64,000 bases of DNA from Deferribacterales bacterium (GTDB lineage Bacteria; Chrysiogenota; Deferribacteres; Deferribacterales; Geovibrionaceae), in assembly GCA_050251875.1 (NCBI GenBank), contig JBFWMA010000004.1:192001-256000 (forward strand), read 5' to 3'. Shown here one piece after another: positions 1-9,523 of this stretch; the stretch's first letter is position 1, and each line of letters begins with the position of its first letter. The position numbers and the translations under genes were made by a program. The notes below the pieces were generated by a model. That model did no database searches. It was not told where the DNA came from and saw only the letters and a program-made list of their open reading frames with translations.

Positions 1-1
1 C

Positions 2-331
2 GGCGCCACCAGTATCTATATGCAGAAGCTGGGTATGATAGTCTTCACCGCCAGAGACATGGCGGGGCTGTCGTTTGACGAATCGCTGAATCTGTCCAAG
101 GACAGGTTTGTCTTTGACGAAGGGGTTAAGCGCCTCACACTTCTGCTGGAGCAGGTGCGTGACAACATCGGCAGCCCGAAGGTATGCGAGGGCGAGTTCG
201 TGGTTGTGCAGGCGAGGGACGCAAACAGCCTGACCCGCATCACATCCTATATCAAGGCGAAGGGGTATTCCGTTAACGTTATAAAAGATACCGATGACTG
301 GAAGGAGAAGCTGGACGAGCTTCTGCCCTAA
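2..331 (+). CDS. Hypothetical protein, 3' part (gene starts before the window)
   Basis: Frame is open to the left edge (GATSIY-MQKLG...), codon usage matches neighbours, and the TAA stop overlaps the convergent gene end. No family recognised. Confidence 0.6.
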   Translation, partial: GATSIYMQKLGMIVFTARDMAGLSFDESLNLSKDRFVFDEGVKRLTLLLEQVRDNIGSPKVCEGEFVVVQARDANSLTRITSYIKAKGYSVNVIKDTDDWKEKLDELLP

Positions 332-744
332 CTTTCCGTTTTTTTCCGCAGTCTGCTGTTGAACTTATCCGTATTGATCGTAAATCTCTCGTGAGTTCCT
401 TTTCCTATCAGCTCTTTTTCATCGTAGGCTTCTATCTCCCACTGTGTTCTCTGTCCGTCCACGTTTGTGCAGACGACCTTTGCGCTGATATTCATTCCGA
501 CTGGTGTCGCCGCTGTGTGCGAAACGCAGATGTGCGTTCCCACGCTCTGTTCGCCCTCGTCCAGATGCGGCTGGAGCGCCTCCATGCATGCCCACTCCAT
601 GAACCCCACCATGTATCCTGTGGCAAAGACAGGGGGCATAGGGCGGAACAGGTCTGATTCCGGATATAGGTTGGGGACTGTTTTTTCTTTTGTTACAGTG
701 AATTTGAGCAGGTGTGATGTGCCGGGGCGGATGGTGTTTTTCAT
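328..744 (-). CDS. Fluoroacetyl-CoA thioesterase (FlK)-like hot-dog thioesterase
   Basis: VFATGYMVGFMEWAC, SVGTHICVSHTAATPVG and GKGTHERF motifs; GGAGG SD upstream. Confidence 0.85.
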   Translation of the reverse strand: MKNTIRPGTSHLLKFTVTKEKTVPNLYPESDLFRPMPPVFATGYMVGFMEWACMEALQPHLDEGEQSVGTHICVSHTAATPVGMNISAKVVCTNVDGQRTQWEIEAYDEKELIGKGTHERFTINTDKFNSRLRKKTES

Positions 745-797
745 AAAAGACCTCCTGATACAGATAATATATGTCCGTATCAGAAAAAAGGTATGGG

Positions 798-1661
798 TCA
801 GCCTCTTATGAACTTCATGTTCGGAACGATGATGCCCGCCACCAGAAGTATCACGCCGAAGATCTGGTATGACACGATGTTTTCACCCAGAAAGACGGCG
901 GCGAGAATCAGCGTTATCACCGGCTCTACCGAGCTGAATATCGAAAAATAGGCGGCGCCTATCTTTTCTATGCCTTTATAAAGAAGCCCCATGGCGATGG
1001 CGGAGGGGATTATGCCCAGACAAACGGCGAGAATCAGCTTGTTCTGTGTCATTCCGGAGAGCTCTGTGCCTCCGTTCAGGGTTATGAAGCCGAGGCAGGT
1101 GAACAGCATCACATAAAACGAGGCGGACGATGAATTCTCTTTTTTCATGATGATCTGGGACGACACAAGATATGTGGAGAACATCAGCATAGCTCCCACG
1201 GCGTATGTCAGCCCCCTGACGCTGATCTGGCGCAGAAAGGCATCGTAAAAGACCAGACAGCACCCGAAAAGTATCAGGACGACAGAGATGAGAGACGACA
1301 GAACGAATTTTTCACGCAGAAAAAATATGCTGATGAGCAGAACCATCATCGGGTAGAAATATAATATTAGCGAGGCGGTGGACGCCGGAATGTATTCTAT
1401 GGATTTGAACAGCAGAAGACTCTGACCCGTGTAGAAGAAGATGCCTATGAAGGCTGTCTTACAGAGCAGGCTGAAAGATGGTTTCAGGACTTTTCTGTCT
1501 GTTATCAGAAAATAGAGAAAGAGAGCCAGTGTGCCGAATTCGAACCGGAGTGTCAGAAGAGGCACGGCGGAAAGCCCCATGGAGAGACCTATTTTTCCAA
1601 AAATAACCAGAGTGGCGTAACAGGAAGCCGACAGAACAGCCAGAAGTATTCCCTGAAACAT
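798..1661 (-). CDS. DMT/EamA family transporter
   Basis: 287 aa, about 10 hydrophobic segments in two repeats; ASLILYFYP and SSVEPV...LGE motifs. Confidence 0.85.
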   Translation of the reverse strand: MFQGILLAVLSASCYATLVIFGKIGLSMGLSAVPLLTLRFEFGTLALFLYFLITDRKVLKPSFSLLCKTAFIGIFFYTGQSLLLFKSIEYIPASTASLILYFYPMMVLLISIFFLREKFVLSSLISVVLILFGCCLVFYDAFLRQISVRGLTYAVGAMLMFSTYLVSSQIIMKKENSSSASFYVMLFTCLGFITLNGGTELSGMTQNKLILAVCLGIIPSAIAMGLLYKGIEKIGAAYFSIFSSVEPVITLILAAVFLGENIVSYQIFGVILLVAGIIVPNMKFIRG

Positions 1662-1772
1662 AAATCACCTTATCCGTAAGAGGATATCATCCTTAGTATT
1701 TCCTGATTAAAAAGTCAATAGAAAGGGTGACCGCCGCTGTGCTGTGCGGCGGTCTGGAGAGGTTTGGCTATA

Positions 1773-3062
1773 TTATTGTCCGAGGGGCATGTTTATGAGT
1801 ATCAGCGATGTTGAACTGCCGTCTATTCCGAAATCGTTGTCATTTATCAGGGCTACTCTGTTCTTTCCGAGGAGCGCTATTCCTTCTATTTTAGACATCA
1901 GTCCGTTGTGGTCGTCTGTGTTGAACACCAGCTTTTTTGTGACGGGGGCTATTCCGGCGTCTTTCGCCGTGGCATGCTGTTCGAGGCTGGGCAGGGTTTC
2001 GGGATTGTCATATTTTTGGTTCAGAATGTTGTCAGCTTTTGACATGTCTATCAGATAGAAGCGGGTGCTCTGGTTTATTCTCTCCAGCACCAGCAGTTTA
2101 TCAGCGCCCACCCCAGCCATTTCAGATATTTTTACATCGCTCTGTTTCTGCGGTTTGCCCATGTTGTCCATGAAAAATACGTCCGGGGTCTCCATCTGGT
2201 AGACGTATTCGCCCATAACTTTTCCGTTTTTGGCGGACATTTTGAGCAGACGGACGTTTCGTCCTGATTTATAGGCGTTATTGTCGGGGTTTGCCAGTGG
2301 GCTTTGCAGGGCGGCGTAGAGATATTTTCCGTCCGGGTCTATGGCGATGGATTCCATACCTCTGTTCAGCTTGCGCTTCATCAGTATTGACGGCAGAGAG
2401 CCCTTCACATCGTAGTCTGCGTGAGCCAGATCTTTTTCCATGCCTTCGGGGACATATCGGGTGATTATTTTCCCTTTAGCGTCCACATGTATCACGCTGG
2501 GACCGTATTCGTCAGCCATCCAGAATGTTCCGTCCGGCATTCTGACGAGCCCCTCCGTGTCCAGACCGGACGGGTCGAGCTTCAGTATCTTTGCCGATGA
2601 AGAGTAGGCGTTCTCTGTATCTGTGACGGTGAGCGGGTTGGACAGTCCGGAAATTTCCTTGCCTCTGGCGCCTTTGAGAGTTATGCGCTCTATCAGCTCG
2701 GCTTTGTCGCCGGTCAGGCGGAATTTGTATATGGACGGTGAGAAGGAAGGCACGGGAAACACCTTTCCGCTCTCGCACATGGTTAGTCCTGTCAGTTTTA
2801 TGGTGTCGTTGCAGTCTATGTTGGGTCCTCTGTCGGAGAGGGTGTATATGATGTTTTCGGGGTCTTTCGGGCTGTGGAAGGCGGCGCTGCCGACTCCGTG
2901 GGTGAGGGGCATTGTTTTTCCGTTGGGATAGCTGACTGTCGCCAGCGGGATTTTTATGTCGTATGTTTTTCCGGATTCATAGACGAATCTGGGCGCGGCA
3001 AAGGCGAACACGGCTGTGACAGCTATCAGTGCGGCTGTGTGCAGGGGGAGATTGCGTTTCAT
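1773..3062 (-). CDS. Secreted esterase-like activity of phytase family protein
   Basis: Signal peptide; SDRGPN, LDTEG, DEYGP, NRGMES, LQSP, KIEG and NDNDFG motifs. Confidence 0.85.
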   Translation of the reverse strand: MKRNLPLHTAALIAVTAVFAFAAPRFVYESGKTYDIKIPLATVSYPNGKTMPLTHGVGSAAFHSPKDPENIIYTLSDRGPNIDCNDTIKLTGLTMCESGKVFPVPSFSPSIYKFRLTGDKAELIERITLKGARGKEISGLSNPLTVTDTENAYSSSAKILKLDPSGLDTEGLVRMPDGTFWMADEYGPSVIHVDAKGKIITRYVPEGMEKDLAHADYDVKGSLPSILMKRKLNRGMESIAIDPDGKYLYAALQSPLANPDNNAYKSGRNVRLLKMSAKNGKVMGEYVYQMETPDVFFMDNMGKPQKQSDVKISEMAGVGADKLLVLERINQSTRFYLIDMSKADNILNQKYDNPETLPSLEQHATAKDAGIAPVTKKLVFNTDDHNGLMSKIEGIALLGKNRVALINDNDFGIDGSSTSLILINMPLGQ

Positions 3063-3215
3063 ATTTCCTCCGGGTGGGTGATAATAATGTATGATGTTAA
3101 ATAGTTAGTGTTATAAAGATTCAAAGAAAATATTGAAATATTGTCAATCGGGAAAGGGGAGGTATTTGGTTGACTTTTACGGATTTATACTCTATAAATT
3201 CATCTCTTTAATAAT

Positions 3216-3289
3216 CGGGGTGTAGCGCAGTCTGGTAGCGTACCTGTCTTGGGAACAGGGGGTCGAAGGTTCAAGTCCTTTCACCCCGA
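3216..3289 (+). tRNA. tRNA-Pro (anticodon TGG), CCA not encoded
   Basis: Acceptor CGGGGTG/CACCCCG; anticodon arm CCTGT-CTTGGGA-ACAGG; T-loop GGTTCAAG. Confidence 0.95.
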
Positions 3290-3304
3290 TTTTATCTATA
3301 TATA

Positions 3305-3353
3305 AATCAATAAGTTATGAGTTGGTGTTTGAAATCTTGTGCAAATTTTGTGC
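3305..3353. mobile_element. Probable att-arm remnant: IHF-like site plus short direct repeats
   Basis: AATCAATAAGTTA (3305-3317) fits WATCAA-N4-TTR; TTGTGC repeats at 3337 and 3348; lies directly after the tRNA 3' end at the start of an AT-rich segment. Confidence 0.45.
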
Positions 3354-3366
3354 TCAGAATAGTTTG

Positions 3367-4164
3367 TTAATATTTCTTTACGCTCTCTTCGCACGTATCT
3401 GCATATATTTTTAGTACACCTAGATCAAGAAGATTATTGATGTAATCTGGATTTTTATCATCAATAATGGTGGTTTTATTTTCCATGGCGTATTCATGTA
3501 CATTTTTCTTGAGCTTATCTACTTGCTTCATCACACGTATGTTATTTGCGACATATGCTTTCAAATATGCCTCAGTTTTTATTGGTATCGTGACGTGCTG
3601 TAACTCGTGCTCAGAGAAAGAATCAAGTCTTTTTAATGCGTTATATATGTTAGTGGGGTCATGTTTATAAATGCTCTTTAGACAGTCTTTAAGTTTTGTT
3701 TGGTATTCTAGACCAATTTTTTCATATCGAATAAAAGTTTCAATAGATTTGGCAAAATTAGTATCTAGAAAAGGGTCACTGATTAAATATGCAAGTTCAT
3801 TTAGTATAACGTCTGTAGATTTCTTTTTGTTGTTGATTTGCATAAATTGCTTAAGATTTTCATCGTATTCGGTTATATCAAAAAGCCAGTTAAAGAAATT
3901 CTCATTTTCTATCTCAACTGCAGCTTGTCGATATTCAATAATAGCGTGATTGATATTTCTTAGACTTACACTCTTAAGACTTTTATCACTTTGAGTAATT
4001 GTTGTATATATAGCATAAATAGCTATCGTTCCACTGATTATAGTGCTAAAAAGTGTGATTAGAGTGCTATTGTTTATTTGAAAAAGTTTTTTTCTGATAT
4101 TTTTAGATCTAAAACATATTGCCTTAAATCTTTTGGTATTAATCGGAACTTTTCTTTTTATCAT
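3367..4164 (-). CDS. Hypothetical AT-rich protein with one N-proximal TM helix
   Basis: 265 aa ORF, atypical AT-rich codon usage, hydrophobic LITLFSTIISGTIAIYAIY. Confidence 0.6.
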   Translation of the reverse strand: MIKRKVPINTKRFKAICFRSKNIRKKLFQINNSTLITLFSTIISGTIAIYAIYTTITQSDKSLKSVSLRNINHAIIEYRQAAVEIENENFFNWLFDITEYDENLKQFMQINNKKKSTDVILNELAYLISDPFLDTNFAKSIETFIRYEKIGLEYQTKLKDCLKSIYKHDPTNIYNALKRLDSFSEHELQHVTIPIKTEAYLKAYVANNIRVMKQVDKLKKNVHEYAMENKTTIIDDKNPDYINNLLDLGVLKIYADTCEESVKKY

Positions 4165-4223
4165 TTAGACATTCCGTATGCATTATATAGATAATACGCT
4201 ATTATGATTGAGTCATAATTTAT

Positions 4224-4514
4224 TTAATCTACAATCTTCTTTTCAACATCCATATGCTTATGCAGAATTCTGATTATCAGTACATATTCGGATTCAATTT
4301 TATAAAATATTACATGGCTTTCGTGTGGAAATTTTAGATAACCTTTTCTGATGTAGTCAATATTTGTGCCCATATCAGGATTATGTCCTATCAGTTCGAG
4401 GCATTTTTTTAAAGATTCAAAGTATTTGTCGGTCTGTTTTTTGCCAAAGGCGGATAATGAATTACTAAATATGTTGCGAATATCTTTTTCAGCCGCATTT
4501 GTCAGTTTATACAT
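4224..4514 (-). CDS. parE: ParE/RelE family toxin
   Basis: MYKLTNAAEKDI...FG..Q...Y, SHVIFY and IIRILH..MD pattern; overlaps the antitoxin end. Confidence 0.9.
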   Translation of the reverse strand: MYKLTNAAEKDIRNIFSNSLSAFGKKQTDKYFESLKKCLELIGHNPDMGTNIDYIRKGYLKFPHESHVIFYKIESEYVLIIRILHKHMDVEKKIVD

Positions 4515-4740
4515 CAGCTTTCACTGAGTTGTAGATGGCATTAAGGTTGTTTTCAGATATTCCGCTCTGTTCACCCAGCTCAAGAGCCATGATCAGGGTG
4601 TTTGTTTTGCTGGTGATCTCCTGATCATTTCTAATCAGATCCCTGATATAGTCGCTTGTATTGCTGTATTTTCCTGTCTTAACCTGCGATTCAGCCCATT
4701 TCTTCATGCTTTCAGGAAGAGAGACATTCATAGTGCTCAT
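4507..4740 (-). CDS. parD: ParD family (ribbon-helix-helix) antitoxin
   Basis: MSTMNVSLP...GKYSNTSDYIRDLIR...GEQSG signature; upstream of the toxin. Confidence 0.9.
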   Translation of the reverse strand: MSTMNVSLPESMKKWAESQVKTGKYSNTSDYIRDLIRNDQEITSKTNTLIMALELGEQSGISENNLNAIYNSVKADV

Positions 4741-4758
4741 AAGTCACCTCATAATCAA

Positions 4759-4787
4759 ACAATAAACACTATGACAAACTTTGTCAA
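4759..4787 (-). promoter_or_regulatory. sigma70 promoter of parDE with overlapping palindromic operator
   Basis: TTGACA-N17-TATTGT on the minus strand; palindrome TGACAAA-C-TTTGTCA (4772-4786) covers the -35 element. Confidence 0.7.
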
Positions 4788-4821
4788 TAGTCGCTATAGG
4801 TGAACATGTTTTTGTCCTTTT

Positions 4822-5142
4822 TCAGCAGCATTCCTGTTCGCATTTTTGCATGGCGAATACGCCTTCTTCGTCCTCTGCGTTCTCGAAAAGCTCAAATATG
4901 TTAGAGGCGCTGGAACACACCATATAAAGCAGAAGCTCTTTAGGATCTTTCTTAACATCCCTGGCGTAGTACCCTTCGGGAATCTTTCCGACAAATTTTT
5001 CCCAATAGGCGTTATTATTCTCAGGCTTTTTCAGGAGCGCCAGAATATGGTCAACCACACAGCAGGCGTTCTCGAAACAGTCTATGTTTTTGAAACTCAC
5101 ATAGCTCTCATCAACTTTGATAGTCTTTTTGCATCCGCACAT
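4822..5142 (-). CDS. cowN: N2-fixation sustaining protein CowN-like
   Basis: YVSFKNIDC, N.YWEKF and ELFE motifs with C-terminal EQECC; TTGAAA-N16-TATAAT upstream (5172-5199). Confidence 0.75.
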   Translation of the reverse strand: MCGCKKTIKVDESYVSFKNIDCFENACCVVDHILALLKKPENNNAYWEKFVGKIPEGYYARDVKKDPKELLLYMVCSSASNIFELFENAEDEEGVFAMQKCEQECC

Positions 5143-5300
5143 ATCACGTCCTTTGTTTTTTATATAGGAGTATTATATAGGCGCAATTTGTTATTTCAAT
5201 CACTAAATACGCCTGTCCTTATATTTTTGTTTTTATCTGAATTACGGTGTGACTTCCGGCTAAATTATGGCAGAATTAGTATAATGCTGACAAAACGGGG

Positions 5301-6518
5301 ATGACTATGTCTGAATGGCTTCATAAAGAGAACACGCACATGGACAATCTGAGGAAATACTGCGAAGGAATGCTGAACGAAGAGGACGGCATGACGCTTT
5401 TCAAGGAGTATGAAAGCGACATCCTGAGTGTCCGGTTCGATGAGGTGATGGCTCTGGTCGACTGGATGGTGAAGAGCGAAAAATATGATATGGAAAACAT
5501 AAAAAACGCTCTGAACAAGATAATCAATATTTTCTCCGGACATCTGGACGAGTTCGGATTCAAGCCGACCACGCCGGAGTTCATCTCCATCCTCCACGAT
5601 GAAAACACAGCCATAGCCGAATATATGGAGAGCATAAAGGACGATCTGCGAGCGCTGGGCAGAGAGAAAAAAGGCACTGCTGATTTCACCCTCGCCAGAG
5701 AGGAGATGAAAAAAGCTATAGAAGGTCTCTCCGCTCTGGACGCTCATTATATAAAAAAAGAGAATATTCTCTTTCCATATGTCGAAAAATATATCCCAGA
5801 CTACAGATGCACCCATGTGATGTGGTCCATCCACGATGATGTCAGAAACGGGATAAAGAAACTGGCGCAGATGCTTTCTGATGACGATTATGACGAAATC
5901 CAGTTCAACCGGACGATAGGCAGGCTCTTTTTCGATATCTTCGGGCTGATCTTCAGAGAGGATTACATCCTGCTGCCTATGTGTCTGAAGCTGATTTCCG
6001 GCGACATTCTGGCGGAGATGCTGCCCCAGTGTCCGGAGATCGGATACACGTTCATACCCGCTCCGAAAATATCCCCGAACAAACCGAAACAGGCGGATAT
6101 CCCGGACGGACTGGTGAATCTGGAGACGGGATCGCTCACCGCCGAACAGCTCATTCTGATGCTGAACAGCCTTCCCGTGGACATCACCTATGTGGACGAA
6201 AACGACTGCGTGCGCTATTTTTCCTCGCCGAAAGACAGAATATTTCCGCGCTCTAAGGCGATCATCGGGCGCACAGTGCAGAACTGCCACCCGCCGGACA
6301 GCATACACATCGTAAACGAGGTGGTAAAACGCCTGAAATCCGGCGCTAAAGACGTGGAGAGCTTCTGGATTCAGATGGGCGGAAAATTCATCCTCATACA
6401 ATATTTCGCCGTAAGAGACCGGCATGGCGCCTATAAAGGCACGCTGGAGGTCAGTCAGGACATTTCCGATATCAGACAGCTGACAGGAGAAAAACGGCTT
6501 CTCGATCTGGATAAGTAG
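5301..6518 (+). CDS. Hemerythrin-like + PAS domain protein (DUF438-type)
   Basis: HYIKKENILFP, VMWSIHDDVR and REDYILLP; C-terminal PAS with LPVDITYVD, GRTVQNCHPP and YKGTLEVSQDI. Confidence 0.85.
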   Translation: MTMSEWLHKENTHMDNLRKYCEGMLNEEDGMTLFKEYESDILSVRFDEVMALVDWMVKSEKYDMENIKNALNKIINIFSGHLDEFGFKPTTPEFISILHDENTAIAEYMESIKDDLRALGREKKGTADFTLAREEMKKAIEGLSALDAHYIKKENILFPYVEKYIPDYRCTHVMWSIHDDVRNGIKKLAQMLSDDDYDEIQFNRTIGRLFFDIFGLIFREDYILLPMCLKLISGDILAEMLPQCPEIGYTFIPAPKISPNKPKQADIPDGLVNLETGSLTAEQLILMLNSLPVDITYVDENDCVRYFSSPKDRIFPRSKAIIGRTVQNCHPPDSIHIVNEVVKRLKSGAKDVESFWIQMGGKFILIQYFAVRDRHGAYKGTLEVSQDISDIRQLTGEKRLLDLDK

Positions 6519-6566
6519 AGAACCGTAACGGCCGCCGTAACATCCGAAAATATCTTTTTGTTTAGG

Positions 6567-6596
6567 TTGACGTACCAACTGGTTGGTTGGTAATAT
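6567..6596 (+). promoter_or_regulatory. Promoter with probable TetR operator
   Basis: TTGACG...TAATAT with palindrome ACCAAC-TG-GTTGGT (6574-6587) in the spacer, upstream of tetR. Confidence 0.6.
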
Positions 6597-6627
6597 TCTT
6601 TATAAGATATTTAATGGATGTGAAGCT

Positions 6628-7218
6628 ATGAATACAAAAGACAAAATTTATAATACCGCTGTGGAGATGTTCGGCAGATACGGATATCAGGGTGTCCGGA
6701 TAGACGCTCTGGTTAAGAAGGCAAAGGTGAACAAAACCACCTTTTATTACTATTTCGAAAGCAAACAGGAGATATTCGATCAGGTGATGCGTGAAAGCCT
6801 GAACTATTTCAAAGACAAGCTGACCGAAGGTCTGAAGGGATGCGAAACAGCGGACGAGGTCACGACAGCCATGCTGGATATCATGTTTTCCAGAGATATC
6901 AAGGATGTTCAGCTCTTCACCCGTGAAATTCTCGAAGGCGGTGAAAACCTTTCTGACGAGCTTTATGGTATAATGGTAGAGGTTGTCAACATTCAGACCG
7001 CCGTGCTCAGCAGATGCAATGTACAGGATCCGTCTTTCATCATCTATCTGCTGGTGGGCGTTTCAAACTTCTATCTGTCTCTGGGAGTTTTCAAACAGAG
7101 CTGGATGAAGAGGAGCCTCGAATACAACGCCAACAGTGTGGTGAATTTTGATGAAACCTATCTGAAAGCTAAAATAAAATCAGTGATAATGAAAGAGTTC
7201 TCTTGCCAGGGAGAATGA
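6628..7218 (+). CDS. TetR/AcrR family transcriptional regulator
   Basis: N-terminal HTH (KDKIYNTAVEMF...GY...KAKVNKTTFYYYFESK); ATG 6628 preferred over the track start. Confidence 0.9.
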   Translation: MNTKDKIYNTAVEMFGRYGYQGVRIDALVKKAKVNKTTFYYYFESKQEIFDQVMRESLNYFKDKLTEGLKGCETADEVTTAMLDIMFSRDIKDVQLFTREILEGGENLSDELYGIMVEVVNIQTAVLSRCNVQDPSFIIYLLVGVSNFYLSLGVFKQSWMKRSLEYNANSVVNFDETYLKAKIKSVIMKEFSCQGE

Positions 7219-7219
7219 T

Positions 7220-9520
7220 ATGCGTTTTTTAAATATATTGCTGATCCTGCTTCTGTTTTGTTCATCTGCCCATGCCGTTCCGTCTGTCCGTGTGGCGTTC
7301 GTCCATGACGGATCATCGGAAACGGAAAAGCAGATGAGCGAACTCTACCGCAGAGAGATCACCGCTGTTACGGCGGGCAGCTATGCGGTCAGTTTTTATG
7401 ATTATTTCGGAGACAGAACCCCTGCGGGTGTCTCCGCCGTCCTGAACAGGCTGAACGACGACAAAACCACCGATATAATAATCGCTCTGGGGCTGATGAG
7501 CGGCAGAGAGGCTGTTCAGAAGCCTTCCGCAAAACCTCTGTTCATCCCATATTATCTGCGGCTTACGTCCCCTGTTCCGGTGAAAAAGAATATTATTCTG
7601 ACTCCGGTCAATATAGATTTCGAAACCGAGCTGGATGAGATGCTCAGGGTGCGGGATTTCAAAAACATGCTTCTGCTTCTGGACGACAGTTTCCGCAGTC
7701 AGTTCAGCGGAGAGATCAGTCAGGTTCGCCTGATAACCGCCAAGAGGGGTGTCCGTCTGGATATAGCCTATAACACAGACTCAAACGAGGATTTATCGGT
7801 GAAAATACCCGCCGGCACAGAGGCGGTGATGCTCAGCCCGCTGCCACGGCTGGATGGGCAGGCGCTGAAAAGACTGTCCGGAGCGCTGGCGGAAAGAAAT
7901 ATAGCGTCATACGCTCCTTTTGATTTTGACTATACGGAGAGGGGTTTTCTGATGTCCAGAGATTCCGGTCTGGACGCTGAGAAACGTGCCAGACTGGTCG
8001 CCGTAAACCTGACAGACGTTCTGAAAGGACAGAAGCCATCGTCTCAGGCGATGCTTTCCGATAAAAAACGTGATCTGATAATAAACATGAAAACAGCTTC
8101 CGAAATAGGTCTGGCTGTGCCTTTCAGCGTGCTGGAAGACGCCGTGCTCATAAATTCTGATGCCAGATGGAGCAAAAACCTCACCATCACCGATGCGGTG
8201 AAAGAGGCGGTCAGCGCCAACCTGAGCGTGATAGCCGGAGAGCTGGGCATAAAGGCGGACAGCGGAAACGTTGCCGAGGTGCGTTCACAGCTCTTTCCGC
8301 AGTTAAAGGCGGAGCTGGGCTACACCATGATAGACAAGAAGAACGATTTCGTGGAGCTGGGGTCATACGCCGATAAAAGCACGGACGGTTCTCTGTCCGC
8401 CCGTCAGCTGATCTTTTCCGAAAAGGTTCTGGCACAGCTCGAGATAATGAAGAAGAACCACACGGCGCTGACATATCAGCAGAAATATGTGGAGCTGGAG
8501 ACAGGGCGTCTGGCGGCTTCGGCGTTTCTGAACCTGCTGACGGCGCAGACCATATACAGCATACGTCAGGACAACCTTCGTCTGTGCGTTACCAACCTCG
8601 ATCTGGCTAAGGGCAGGGTTGAGGCGGGAGCGTCCGACATGTCGGATGTGTATTACTGGGAGAGCAACATCTCCTCCGCCAGACAGAGCATGCTGAACGC
8701 CTATTCTGACAAGGAAAAAGCGCTCTATGCGCTTAACCGTGTGCTGAACAGAAAGCTGACTGACAGATACACCCCCGTGGCTGTCACCCTGAACGGGCTT
8801 AATATGGAAAACGGGCTGAACAGGCTGATAACGGTTATAACCGATGAGAATAAATACGACTCCATGGCGGAGTTTCTGATAAACACGGCGGTGAGCGCAT
8901 CGCCGGAGCTGATGCGGATAGAGTCCCAGATCGGGGCGGCGTCCAGACAGCTTGTGTCCGACAGACGGTCGGACTATGTGCCGGATGTTTTCATATACGG
9001 CAGTCTCAGCCACAATTTTTATGAGTCCAGAGAACCGTACTCCGGAATAGATATGGAAGACGAAACGCACTGGCAGGCGGGAGTTGGTCTCTCTCTGCCC
9101 TTCTTCGAGGGCGGAGCGTCCAGAGCTCGTGTGACAAGGAGCAGATATCAGCTCGACAGGATGAACGTGTTCTACAGGGACGCCAGAAACGCCTTGGAAC
9201 AGGGGATTCTGAGCGATATCAGCTCACTGCGAGCCGGATACAAGGCGATCAGGCTTTCCGCCGAAGCGGCGGATACAGCCCGCCGGAGTTTTTATCTGAT
9301 CCGTGATAACTATGCGGAGGGCACAAAGCCCATGACCGATCTGCTCTCGGCGCAGAACGCCAGCATATCGGCAGATCTGGTATCGGCGAACGCTGTTTAC
9401 GGTTTCATGCAGAATGTTGTCCTGCTCCAGAGAGATTTGGGCTCTGTTTCGCTCTTTCTGGACGGCGGGGAATACAGTGAATTTACAAACAAGCTGATAG
9501 AACACATCGGCAAGGAATGA
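7220..9520 (+). CDS. TolC-family outer membrane efflux protein fused to an N-terminal ABC substrate-binding-like domain
   Basis: Signal peptide; LIINMKTASEIGLAVP ends the N-domain; C-domain has two OEP repeats (AVSANL..LFPQL; SPEL..PDV; LSLPFFEGG). Confidence 0.8.
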   Translation: MRFLNILLILLLFCSSAHAVPSVRVAFVHDGSSETEKQMSELYRREITAVTAGSYAVSFYDYFGDRTPAGVSAVLNRLNDDKTTDIIIALGLMSGREAVQKPSAKPLFIPYYLRLTSPVPVKKNIILTPVNIDFETELDEMLRVRDFKNMLLLLDDSFRSQFSGEISQVRLITAKRGVRLDIAYNTDSNEDLSVKIPAGTEAVMLSPLPRLDGQALKRLSGALAERNIASYAPFDFDYTERGFLMSRDSGLDAEKRARLVAVNLTDVLKGQKPSSQAMLSDKKRDLIINMKTASEIGLAVPFSVLEDAVLINSDARWSKNLTITDAVKEAVSANLSVIAGELGIKADSGNVAEVRSQLFPQLKAELGYTMIDKKNDFVELGSYADKSTDGSLSARQLIFSEKVLAQLEIMKKNHTALTYQQKYVELETGRLAASAFLNLLTAQTIYSIRQDNLRLCVTNLDLAKGRVEAGASDMSDVYYWESNISSARQSMLNAYSDKEKALYALNRVLNRKLTDRYTPVAVTLNGLNMENGLNRLITVITDENKYDSMAEFLINTAVSASPELMRIESQIGAASRQLVSDRRSDYVPDVFIYGSLSHNFYESREPYSGIDMEDETHWQAGVGLSLPFFEGGASRARVTRSRYQLDRMNVFYRDARNALEQGILSDISSLRAGYKAIRLSAEAADTARRSFYLIRDNYAEGTKPMTDLLSAQNASISADLVSANAVYGFMQNVVLLQRDLGSVSLFLDGGEYSEFTNKLIEHIGKE

Positions 9521-9523
9521 TCT

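Noticed and set aside
5265..6578. Long antisense ORFs (also 11845-13392, 32750-33877, 39814-40911 and others)
   Set aside because: They are shadows of well-supported genes on the opposite strand, expected from codon bias.
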